Assembly: GCA_963698565.1 (NCBI GenBank) | Contig: CAVORH010000049.1 | Location: 1-32,000 of the forward strand | Direction of reading: 5' to 3' | Length of the DNA: 32,000 nt | Source: Ilumatobacteraceae bacterium | GTDB lineage: Bacteria > Actinomycetota > Acidimicrobiia > Acidimicrobiales > Ilumatobacteraceae | Shown: one piece after another, positions 1 to 7,204 of the stretch | Numbering within the stretch: position 1 is the first letter of the stretch | How the letters are laid out: each line of letters begins with the position of its first letter | Notes under the pieces: model-generated | Told to the model about the DNA's origin: nothing | Databases searched by the model: none | What the model saw: only the letters and a program-made list of their open reading frames with translations | Translations under genes and position numbers: made by a program

Positions 1-32
1 CGGTTTCGGCGACTTCGTTCCCTGAACCGCCA

Positions 33-860
33 GTGCCTCGGCCCAGTGCCAAGGAGATCAACCCTGGCGAGTGGACCCTCACACCACCAACCGCCGCAAC
101 TCTCTTCCACCTCCCGGATTGGTGGGCGGCCGACGGGGGTTTGAGTGTTCGTCCACGTCTGTTTCCACTGCAGCCCGCCAACCTCATGAGGGGGCGACGC
201 CTTTGCAGGGCATTGCAGCACCAGATTCGACACTGCTTCGAATCAACCGTCCTTGTCGAGAGCGGCGCCGATGGCAACGAATTCATGGCTGAGCTCGTGG
301 CGATTCGAGTCGCCGGTGCCCTTGTACTTATCCAGTCGCTCAATGAGCTTTTCGCAAGCGCGCACCCGCGGACCGCTCCCGAGGATCCATCCTCGTCCCC
401 ATACGAGCGCCACCTCGAAGCTGACGAAGCGGGGCGAGTCGTTGCCGGGCTGAAGCTCATACGAAACGCCGAGACACACGACTCGACTGCGACCCTGGAT
501 TTCGATCTCGACAGAATGGTTACGGCGTTCTTCGACGACGGATCGTCCGGCCTCCGCGTTTTTCCGCAGTGGCGTCAATACGACGACTTGCCTGCATCAA
601 TTGCTCAGAACAAGAAGACCTCACCGAGATTCCACGACCACTACCGACAAGCTGTCGGTGGGACGATCCTGATGGAATCACTTCAAGACTCACTGCGGTT
701 CTTTCTCGACTGTGACGCCCGCATTGCGCGGCTTGCCCTCGGCGGTGAGCCCGCCGAACTGCCGCTGGAGTGCTTCCCGCTGCCTGTAGACCACGTCCAC
801 GGCTACGAGCGTCCGCATCCCTACTGGCCCTCGACGCGAGGGACCCACAGCGCGGAGTAG
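33..860 (+). CDS. hypothetical protein with HEPN-like Rx4H motif (possibly 5'-truncated by the window edge)
   Basis: 275-codon ORF from GTG 33. The same frame has no stop back to nt 3, so the gene may begin left of the window. Motif LIRNAETH (R at 462-464, H at 477-479) fits the R-N-x3-H form of the HEPN RNase signature and follows a helical-looking stretch. No other recognisable domain. Confidence 0.5.
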   Translation: MPRPSAKEINPGEWTLTPPTAATLFHLPDWWAADGGLSVRPRLFPLQPANLMRGRRLCRALQHQIRHCFESTVLVESGADGNEFMAELVAIRVAGALVLIQSLNELFASAHPRTAPEDPSSSPYERHLEADEAGRVVAGLKLIRNAETHDSTATLDFDLDRMVTAFFDDGSSGLRVFPQWRQYDDLPASIAQNKKTSPRFHDHYRQAVGGTILMESLQDSLRFFLDCDARIARLALGGEPAELPLECFPLPVDHVHGYERPHPYWPSTRGTHSAE

Positions 861-944
861 AAGGCGGCCATCAATTATTCGGCGACTGGGGCGTGAACCA
901 TTCCCGGTGGAACGGTCCACCGGCGCCGCCGTCCCGTCGAACCT

Positions 945-2569
945 ATGCTGGCCCCGTGTCACAGGACTTGCCTTGCCATCGGGTGCTTCCTCGCTTCACC
1001 AAGCGGGCTCGAGAACGAGCGCGGAACGGTCAGGGCAGCGATCAACGAGTTCAACGAGGAGGAGGCCTTTGCAAGCAGAGCGGCGTTCATTCCGTTCGGC
1101 TACGAGTCGTCACCTGGAGGTTTCGGTCGTCCGCAGGATGAGATCAACCACACGCTCAGGCAATGCGACTATGCGATCGTTCTGCTCGCTGACCGATGGG
1201 TTCGCCGCCAGGAGGTGACAACGGCTACACGAGCGGGACGGAGGAAGAGTACGAGGAAATCGTGAAGGCGATCGAAGACACTTCTCTCCCCATGCGTGAC
1301 GTGTTAGTCGCGTTCAAGTCGGTTCCTCGCGGTCAGATGGCTGACCCTGGCAAGGACCTCAAGAAGGTCCTCAAGTTCCGCAAGGACCTGGAGAAGAGCC
1401 ACGCGCTCTTCTACAAGCAGTTCGATACGGAGGAGGAGCTGTGCCGTTGGGTGCAGCAGAAGTTACGCGGCGGGGCCCGTTCCGATCTGGGGTGGGGAGG
1501 GGCAATCGCCCGACGATCTCGTGGACGATGCTGCAGATGCGGTGGACGAAGGCCTTCAGTCCTCTGACGAGATGGTCAGCAGAGCCTGGGAACTTGCGTC
1601 CGAGGGTTCGGTTACACAGGCCGAGGTGCTGTTCTCTCGCGCAGTCCGAAACGGCGGCCCCGAAACACTGCTCGAGAGCGCCCGGTTCATGCGCAGACGA
1701 GGACGCCTCGAAGCTGCGTACCAACTCGACCGCGAGTACATCGAGGCAACTGCATCGAAGGATGGCCTGGACATGAGGGTCAATCGGTCCAGAGCGCTCG
1801 CCAACATGGGTGTGGTTCGACGCAAGCAGGGCAATCTCCGAGAATCTAGGGGCCACCTAGTCGAAGCAGTCGCGGTTGCGCGTACTGCTGGACCCGACGG
1901 TGACGTGCCACTCGCGTATGCGCTGGACAACCTTGCACACACCGCTGCCCAGCAGGGAGACCTTGCGACCGCTGAGCACAGCTTGGAGGAAGCGCACTCG
2001 ATACGGGCGAGAGACGACGATCAGGCTGGAATTGCACAGTCGCTTATCAACCTCTCGCTGTCTCAGACGAGCCCGAGGGGACAACGAACTCGCGTTGGAA
2101 CAACTGACGACAGCGATCGGGATTCTTCGCAACTTGAATGGCCAAGAGACTTTGCTAGCCAACGCGCTGGTCGCGGCAGGAGAGGCAGCACTCGATCTCG
2201 AACGACCCGACGCCGAATCAATGGTACGAGAAGGCCTCGACCTGAACGAACGAGTAGCCAACAGTGACGGGATCAGCATTGCTTCCACGGTGCTCGCTCG
2301 CGTCGCCCTGTCTGCGGGGGACATTGACGAGGCGGAGCGGCACGCCGAGCGGACGGCAGAGGAGAGCATCTCATCAACGAACCAAGAGGGCCTGGGCGTT
2401 CTCGCGCACCTGCGGGGTTCGATCGCCCTTGCGCGGGGTGAGTATTCGGCAGCGGTGGAACATCTGGAAGAAGCATTTCGAGCTGTTCGAGCAAACCGGA
2501 TCAGTTCGACGCGCCGATTCCGCGCGGGCGGACCTAGCTACAGCTCGTGCCCGGCTTTCGAATGGCTAG
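945..2569 (+). pseudogene. DUF4062 (TIR/deoxyribosyltransferase-like) - TPR repeat protein, disrupted by about 4 frame changes
   Basis: Sensible protein sequence runs through four ORF-track pieces in different frames. 945-1200 gives CFLASPSGLENERGTVRAAI...CDYAIVLLADRW. ~1199-1500 gives GSPPGGDNGYTSGTEEEYEEIVKAI...ELCRWVQQKL. 1500-2078 and 2078-2476 are TPR-like A/L-rich repeats. 2477-2569 gives ELFEQTGSVRRADSARADLATARARLSNG*. The first two pieces together match the DUF4062 pattern (..ryGs...g.SyTE.Ey..A). Each junction lies at a homopolymer: GGG 1198-1200, G-runs 1470-1503, GGGG 2077-2080, TTT 2476-2478. Confidence 0.6.
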
Positions 2570-3162
2570 GCCTGAATCCAAGTCGCCGACGGCCAAAAGA
2601 AACAGGTGAGCTTGCCGTCCTCGAAAGTTCCGCATCCTGTGTCGATAAAGGCTCGACGGCGATCGACCATTGGTACTCGCGATCCCTGAGGGACGTGACC
2701 GGAGACGTGATATCGGTCGCCGTCGGCGGCGGAGGTCTGGCGCGGGTAGTGCGACGCGAGGATTTCGTTGCCTAAACGGAACTCCGCCTCCAGCGATTGG
2801 AGGAAGCGTCTGTGATCGGGTGATACTGCTGCTACGAACGCCGCTTCCCATTCAGCACCGATCGAAGAGATATAGGACCGGATGGTTGCAGCGCCCCCCA
2901 TCTGCAGAAACGCGTCAAGTCCTCGGCCCTCGAGCGCCGCTCGAAACGCAGCATCATGATTTCCCTCTAGGAAGGTGCACTCCACCGCCGATTGCTCCAG
3001 GCCGACCAGCACATCGAGAACCTGGCAACTGAATCGACCGCGGTTCACGTAGTCCCCGAGGAAGATCAAGCGTTCGACTTCGTCCTCCACGCGACCGAGG
3101 AGGGCCTGAAGACGATCGACGTCTCCATGAATGTCGCCAATGAATCCGAGCCGAGCCGTCAC
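2566..3162 (-). CDS. calcineurin-like metallophosphoesterase (lambda-phosphatase / ApaH-PrpE-like)
   Basis: Motifs GDIHGD, GDYVNRG, GNHD, GGAATIRSY, SGHVP and IDTGCG appear in canonical order. I chose the GTG at 3162 because it forms a GTGA overlap with the upstream stop (3159-3161) and sits 6 codons before GDIHGD. The ORF-track start at 3258 would overlap the upstream gene by 100 nt. Confidence 0.85.
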   Translation of the reverse strand: MTARLGFIGDIHGDVDRLQALLGRVEDEVERLIFLGDYVNRGRFSCQVLDVLVGLEQSAVECTFLEGNHDAAFRAALEGRGLDAFLQMGGAATIRSYISSIGAEWEAAFVAAVSPDHRRFLQSLEAEFRLGNEILASHYPRQTSAADGDRYHVSGHVPQGSRVPMVDRRRAFIDTGCGTFEDGKLTCFFWPSATWIQA

Positions 3163-3443
3163 AGCAGCACCTTCGGCAGAGCTGAGTAGTCGATCTCTGA
3201 ATTCGGGTCTGCGAATGCCAAAGTCGCCATCGTGGCCATCGACCGGTCGCGGTCCCACTCCGCGATGATCAGTTGTTGGATCGTCTCATAGTCAGCACTG
3301 TCGGCGGCGCCGACGAGGACACGCAGCCGGTCCCTCAAGTCGTTGATTTCGCTGACGCCGGGCGTAGGGCCGTCCTCAGGGTCTCTCGACCTCAGCAGCT
3401 CCACTAGTGCCGGATCCTCGAAACGGCGCGCCAACTCACTCAC
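3159..3443 (-). CDS. hypothetical 94-aa acidic protein, no recognisable domain, no His/Cys
   Basis: The ORF is coupled at both ends by 4-nt GTGA overlaps (3440-3443 and 3159-3162) to the nucleotidyltransferase and the phosphoesterase. Coding is inferred from this operon geometry. Confidence 0.6.
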   Translation of the reverse strand: MSELARRFEDPALVELLRSRDPEDGPTPGVSEINDLRDRLRVLVGAADSADYETIQQLIIAEWDRDRSMATMATLAFADPNSEIDYSALPKVLL

Positions 3444-3946
3444 CGAGAAGCATGGCTGACCGAGCGCGAGAGCGGTGAGGTAGATCGCAGATCGAAGGAA
3501 GTATCTCGAGCCACGCGAGCGAGACCCGCTAGAGGAGGATCGACTTGCCGAACACCGACATCGATGATCACGGAGAGGATACGAATCCGCTCAAGACTGG
3601 TAGCCGGATCTGGCTGCCCCATGCGCTGCAGCGCCAGGGTGAGGAACTCCTCCGCCTCATGAAGCACTCGACCATCACGTGCGAGGTGCATACCGAAAAG
3701 TGTGCCTCGCGCATCGAGGAACTGCTTCGGCGTGTAGCAGCTCAGTGTCACATTGCCCCTCACTCGCGTGCCGACTGCAGACTCGGTGACCGCAAGGAGG
3801 TCGAGGTCCGAGGTGTCACAGAAGTCCCCTCGTGCGTAGCTTCCATAGACCATGAGGCCAACGCACTTGTCTGGGAGGAGTGAGACTCCCAAGTTGAGCA
3901 GGTCTCGCGCGCACGTCGAGCGCGTGCAAGCTCGTCCGGACCTCAT
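3440..3946 (-). CDS. Pol-beta superfamily (minimal) nucleotidyltransferase domain protein
   Basis: GLMVYGSYARGDFCDTSDLDLL matches the G-S-x9-13-D-x-D NTase signature. A ~100-aa helical tail follows. The 5' end is uncertain; see the finding on ATG 4091. Confidence 0.75.
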   Translation of the reverse strand: MRSGRACTRSTCARDLLNLGVSLLPDKCVGLMVYGSYARGDFCDTSDLDLLAVTESAVGTRVRGNVTLSCYTPKQFLDARGTLFGMHLARDGRVLHEAEEFLTLALQRMGQPDPATSLERIRILSVIIDVGVRQVDPPLAGLARVARDTSFDLRSTSPLSRSVSHASR

Positions 3947-4105
3947 TGAAGTCGATCCGACTTGTACCCATGCTTCTGGACGCTAGCGGTGGGGCCCGTC
4001 GGCCGGAGGCGGCGAGCCGCACGATTGTCCACCATAAGGAATGAGTCTCGGCAACGGAGTCTTCGGGATGAAACCCGTTGCGGATCGCCATTTCGCGCAC
4101 CTCGG

Positions 4106-4138
4106 CTTCTAACGACTCGTTAGAAGAATCGTTAGAAG
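4106..4138. promoter_or_regulatory. operator-like array: perfect 9-3-9 palindrome plus a third direct copy of the 9-mer
   Basis: CTTCTAACG(4106-4114)-ACT-CGTTAGAAG(4118-4126)-AAT-CGTTAGAAG(4130-4138). The array lies in the least GC-rich 60 nt I counted. It sits between the tRNA terminator and the first possible start codons (4100/4091) of the minus-strand operon. Confidence 0.45.
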
Positions 4139-4151
4139 ATTGCTTGCAGAC

Positions 4152-4192
4152 GCAAGAAAGCCCTGGCGGATCTTGCGATCTACCAGGGCTTT
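4152..4192 (-). terminator. intrinsic terminator downstream of tRNA-fMet
   Basis: On the minus strand: AAAGCCCTGG-ta-GATC-GCAA-GATC-cg-CCAGGGCTTT followed by CTTGCG. This is a 10-bp outer stem, an inner GATC stem with a GCAA tetraloop, and a U-rich tail (UUUCUU). It starts 6 nt after the tRNA 3' end. Confidence 0.6.
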
Positions 4193-4197
4193 CGTAG

Positions 4198-4271
<74 letters not shown>

Positions 4272-4286
4272 TCGAAGTGGAGCATC

Positions 4287-4315
4287 ACTGTACGCCTGCT
4301 GCAGATGATTGACAA
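4287..4315 (-). promoter_or_regulatory. candidate sigma-70/SigA-type promoter for tRNA-fMet
   Basis: Minus strand: TTGTCA (4315-4310), 17-nt spacer, TACAGT (4292-4287). The -10 element ends 15 nt upstream of the mature tRNA 5' end. Confidence 0.5.
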
Positions 4316-4453
4316 CCGCCCGATCCGGCCGGTCGGGGCGTTGGGCCCTGGCCACGGCCGCACCGGTTCCCGATCATGGACTCATGGACGCAACGGCCGC
4401 GTCGGCGTGGACGATGACATCCACCGACCTCGCCTTCATGGTCGACCAGCTGT

Positions 4454-5509
4454 GTGCACAGTTCGACGAGGTCCTCGCTCCGGTCCTCGTCGGACGGCGT
4501 CATCCGGCTGCGAGCTGTCGACGGCGTCGACGAACTCCCATCGGGCGTCGCTGACGACCAGCATCCGGGCGCGTACCGCACCACGACCACCGGTGGGTCG
4601 CTCCGCTTCTCGTACGCGGTCGGGCCGGACTCGTTGAAGGCGATGGTGCACCCGCCCCGCAGCCCGGTCTGGGCGATGACCCGCGATGACACTGGCTCGA
4701 TCTCGGTGAGCGTCGCACCAACACGTCCCGTCCGCCGCGCCGTACTCGGCGCCCGGGCCTGCGACCTCGCCGCCCTCGAGCGTCTCGACCGCACCCAGCT
4801 GGCCGGGCCGCACCCCGACCGCCAACACGCCGCCGCACGTGCCCAGTTGTTCACGATCGGGGTCGACTGTTCCCAACCGGCCGCCACGTGCTTCTGCGAG
4901 TCGACCGGCACCGGCCCATCCGTCGACAGTGGCGCCGATCTGTCGATGACCGAGATGGGCGACGACGTGGTGCAGTACGTGTTGCGCGCCGGATCGGAGC
5001 AGGGCCGCGAGTTCGCCGAGTCGCTCGGGCTCGCGTCCGCGGGAGCCGACGTCGTCGCCGAGGCCGAGCGACTGCGTCGCAGCGTGCACACCACCGAGCG
5101 AGCGATGCCGACGGATGCGGCATCGATCGTGCTGGCCGATCTCGAACACCCACGCTGGGACGACGTGGCCGAACGCTGCCTCACCTGCGGCAACTGCACC
5201 GCCGTGTGCCCGACCTGCTTCTGCACCGACTTGGACGATCGAATGGAGCTCGACGGCCTCACCACCCATCGCGACCGGGTGTGGGACACCTGCTTCAGCC
5301 TGGAGTACTCACACCTCGGCGCCGGGCCCGCGCGCTCGTCGGCTCGCTCGCGGTACCGACAGTGGCTCACCCACAAGCTCGGCACCTGGCACGACCAGTT
5401 CGGCGAATCGGGGTGCGTCGGGTGCGGGCGCTGCATCACCTGGTGCCCCGTCGGCATCGACCTGACCGCCGAGGTCGACGCGCTCGCGACGTCGGGAGTC
5501 ACGCCATGA
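4454..5509 (+). CDS. hyhB: [NiFe]-hydrogenase group-3b-type beta subunit (4Fe-4S, AsrA/HydB-like)
   Basis: Two ferredoxin-type cluster motifs are present: [16 protein letters not shown] and [12 protein letters not shown]. The N-terminal half is AsrA-like ([29 protein letters not shown]). It is first in an ATGA-coupled beta-gamma-small-large order. 4454 is the first in-frame start, but family-like N-terminal sequence continues upstream in another frame from ATG 4414 (see finding). Confidence 0.85.
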   Translation: MHSSTRSSLRSSSDGVIRLRAVDGVDELPSGVADDQHPGAYRTTTTGGSLRFSYAVGPDSLKAMVHPPRSPVWAMTRDDTGSISVSVAPTRPVRRAVLGARACDLAALERLDRTQLAGPHPDRQHAAARAQLFTIGVDCSQPAATCFCESTGTGPSVDSGADLSMTEMGDDVVQYVLRAGSEQGREFAESLGLASAGADVVAEAERLRRSVHTTERAMPTDAASIVLADLEHPRWDDVAERCLTCGNCTAVCPTCFCTDLDDRMELDGLTTHRDRVWDTCFSLEYSHLGAGPARSSARSRYRQWLTHKLGTWHDQFGESGCVGCGRCITWCPVGIDLTAEVDALATSGVTP

Positions 5510-6420
5510 CCGCCAGGACGACGCCGACCACCCGTTCTCGTGAACTCGTTGCGGAACTATTCCGCAACGAGTTCACGAGAATGGCTACGAGCACCGGCGA
5601 TCCGATGATCGAACCACGCGTCCACGTCGTGCGGTCGGTCACCCCCGAGACCCCGGGCGTGTTCACACTCGACGTCGTCCCGGTCGACGGCGCGCCCACT
5701 CCGTTCCTGCCGGCGCAGGTCAGCATGCTCGGCGCGTTCGGGATCGGCGAGGCGGCGATCTCGATCAGTTCCTCCGCCGCCGTCGATGATCACCACGAGT
5801 ACACGATCCGTCGGGCCGGAGCGATCACCACTGCACTCGGCGCGCTGCGGCCGGGTGACCAGTTGGCGATCCGCGGCCCGTTCGGCCGGCCGTGGGACGT
5901 CGACGCACTGCACGGCGATGTCGTGATCGCAGCCGGCGGCATCGGGCTCGCGCCCTTGCGCTCGGCCGTGTACGCCCTGCTCGACACGATGCAGGAGCGA
6001 CCGCATCGCCGCATCCTGTTGGTCGTCGGTGCCCGCAGCAGCGCAGATCTGCTCTACTCCGGCCAGTACGACGAGTGGCGAGCCCGCGGCATCGAGGTCG
6101 TCTCGACGATCGACACCGCGGAAGCCGGATGGTCGGGTCGGGTCGGGTTCGTACCGGACGTCGCCGCCGACCTCGATGTCGACTGGGCGATCACCGGAGC
6201 ACTGGTGTGCGGCCCCGACGTGATGATGCGACTGACCGCAGACCGCTTCATCGACCTCGGCGTCGCGCCCGGCTCGATCCAGCTGACGCTGGAACGGAAC
6301 ATGCAGTGCGCGACCGGCCGCTGCGGCCATTGCCAGCTCGGGCCGGTGCTGGTGTGCCGCGACGGCCCGGTGATGACCTATCCCGAGATCGCCGACGCGC
6401 TGCGGGTGCGGGAGCGCTGA
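5506..6420 (+). CDS. hyhG: hydrogenase gamma subunit (FAD/NAD(P)-binding oxidoreductase with C-terminal 2Fe-2S)
   Basis: ATG 5506 overlaps the beta stop (ATGA) and has GGGAG 7 nt upstream. The protein has a ferredoxin-reductase-type fold pattern ([26 protein letters not shown]). A C-terminal [20 protein letters not shown] cluster motif is present. The 4888 start in the ORF track was rejected. Confidence 0.85.
   Translation: MTARTTPTTRSRELVAELFRNEFTRMATSTGDPMIEPRVHVVRSVTPETPGVFTLDVVPVDGAPTPFLPAQVSMLGAFGIGEAAISISSSAAVDDHHEYTIRRAGAITTALGALRPGDQLAIRGPFGRPWDVDALHGDVVIAAGGIGLAPLRSAVYALLDTMQERPHRRILLVVGARSSADLLYSGQYDEWRARGIEVVSTIDTAEAGWSGRVGFVPDVAADLDVDWAITGALVCGPDVMMRLTADRFIDLGVAPGSIQLTLERNMQCATGRCGHCQLGPVLVCRDGPVMTYPEIADALRVRER
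5535..5581. repeat. perfect 47-bp palindrome (22-bp arms, 3-nt centre) inside the first 26 codons of hyhG
   Basis: TTCTCGTGAACTCGTTGCGGAA-CTA-TTCCGCAACGAGTTCACGAGAA, verified base by base. It is about 45% GC in a ~67% GC context. Confidence 0.95.
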
Positions 6421-6430
6421 GGAGGCCACG

Positions 6431-7204
6431 ATGGAGGAACGACGACCGACCCTGGCGGTGTGGAAGTTCGCTTCGTGCGACGGATGCCAGCTCAGCCTGC
6501 TCGACTGCGAGGACGAACTGCTCGCCGTGGCCGACCGTGTCGCCATCTCCTACTTCCCCGAGGCCACCTCCACGATGGTCGAGGGTCCGTACGACGTCTC
6601 GCTCGTCGAGGGCTCGATCACGACCGCGCACGACGCCGAGCGCATCCTCGAGATCCGGCGCCAGTCGGGACTGCTCGTCACCATCGGTGCGTGCGCCACC
6701 GCCGGCGGCATCCAGGCCCTGCGGAACGGTGCCGACATCGCCGAGTTCACCTCGATCGTGTACGCCCACCCCGAGTACATCTCCACGCTCGCAACCTCCA
6801 CGCCGATCGCCGACCACGTCGACGTCGACCTCGAACTCCGCGGCTGCCCGATCGACCGTCGCCAGCTCGTCGCCACGATCGCCGCTCTACTGAACCGCCA
6901 CGTACTGCGGCTGCCGACCACCAGCGTGTGCACCGAATGCAAGGCGGCGTCGACGAGCTGCGTGATGGTGGCCCACGGCACCGCCTGCCTCGGACCGATC
7001 ACCCAGGCCGGCTGCGGGGCGCTGTGCCCGTCGTTCCACCGCGGCTGCTACGGGTGCTTCGGGCCGATGGAGGACCCGAACATCCCCGCGCTCGAGCACC
7101 GACTCGACCAACTCGGGATCGAACCGGAGGCGATCGATCGCCTGATGCGCACCTTCGACGTCGAGGCCTTCGCCCGCATCGCAGCCGAAGGAGCCCGGCC
7201 ATGA
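6431..7204 (+). CDS. hyhS: [NiFe]-hydrogenase small (delta) subunit, group 3 type
   Basis: The N-terminal [15 protein letters not shown] and [10 protein letters not shown] proximal-cluster motifs are present. C-terminal Cys clusters are [28 protein letters not shown] and CYGCFGP. Confidence 0.9.
   Translation: MEERRPTLAVWKFASCDGCQLSLLDCEDELLAVADRVAISYFPEATSTMVEGPYDVSLVEGSITTAHDAERILEIRRQSGLLVTIGACATAGGIQALRNGADIAEFTSIVYAHPEYISTLATSTPIADHVDVDLELRGCPIDRRQLVATIAALLNRHVLRLPTTSVCTECKAASTSCVMVAHGTACLGPITQAGCGALCPSFHRGCYGCFGPMEDPNIPALEHRLDQLGIEPEAIDRLMRTFDVEAFARIAAEGARP

Noticed and set aside
3620-3680. RDGRVLH in the nucleotidyltransferase tail as a possible HEPN Rx4-6H motif (NTase-HEPN fusion)
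   Set aside because: The surrounding sequence matches the usual helical tail of minimal NTases. The spacing and context (no R-N/H-x-Y features) are unconvincing, so it is likely coincidental.
1-4100. Search for an att-type direct repeat of the tRNA-fMet 3' end, or an integrase, to delimit a mobile island
   Set aside because: I could not find a copy of the tRNA 3' segment inside the window by eye, and no integrase-like ORF is present. The island call therefore stays compositional and contextual only.
4309-4314. TTGACA on the + strand as a -35 box for the hydrogenase operon
   Set aside because: There is no acceptable -10 hexamer 16-19 bp downstream (GTCGGG at the expected place). The same bases serve better as the minus-strand TTGTCA -35 of the tRNA promoter, which has a TACAGT -10.
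4285-5502. 405-aa minus-strand ORF overlapping the tRNA promoter region and all of hyhB
   Set aside because: It lies antisense to the Fe-S subunit gene. It is an Arg/Ser/Pro-rich nonsense sequence that runs across the tRNA gene.
4888-5505. Long N-terminal extensions of hyhG (4888), hyhL (6460), the endopeptidase (8034), the response regulator (17195) and the 9045 gene (10199) offered by the ORF track
   Set aside because: In each case the family-typical N-terminus begins at an internal ATG. That ATG forms an ATGA overlap with, or lies 2 nt after, the stop of the upstream gene. The extensions overlap real genes and are Arg-rich nonsense.
5535-5581. Whether the TTCYCGTGAAC palindromes are DosR-type boxes, since mycobacterial Hyh is DosR-controlled
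   Set aside because: The DosR consensus I recall (TTSGGGACTWWAGTCCCSAA) is not present in either palindrome. The local NarL-type regulator is also not obviously DosR-like, because its partner kinase has no GAF-domain sensor.
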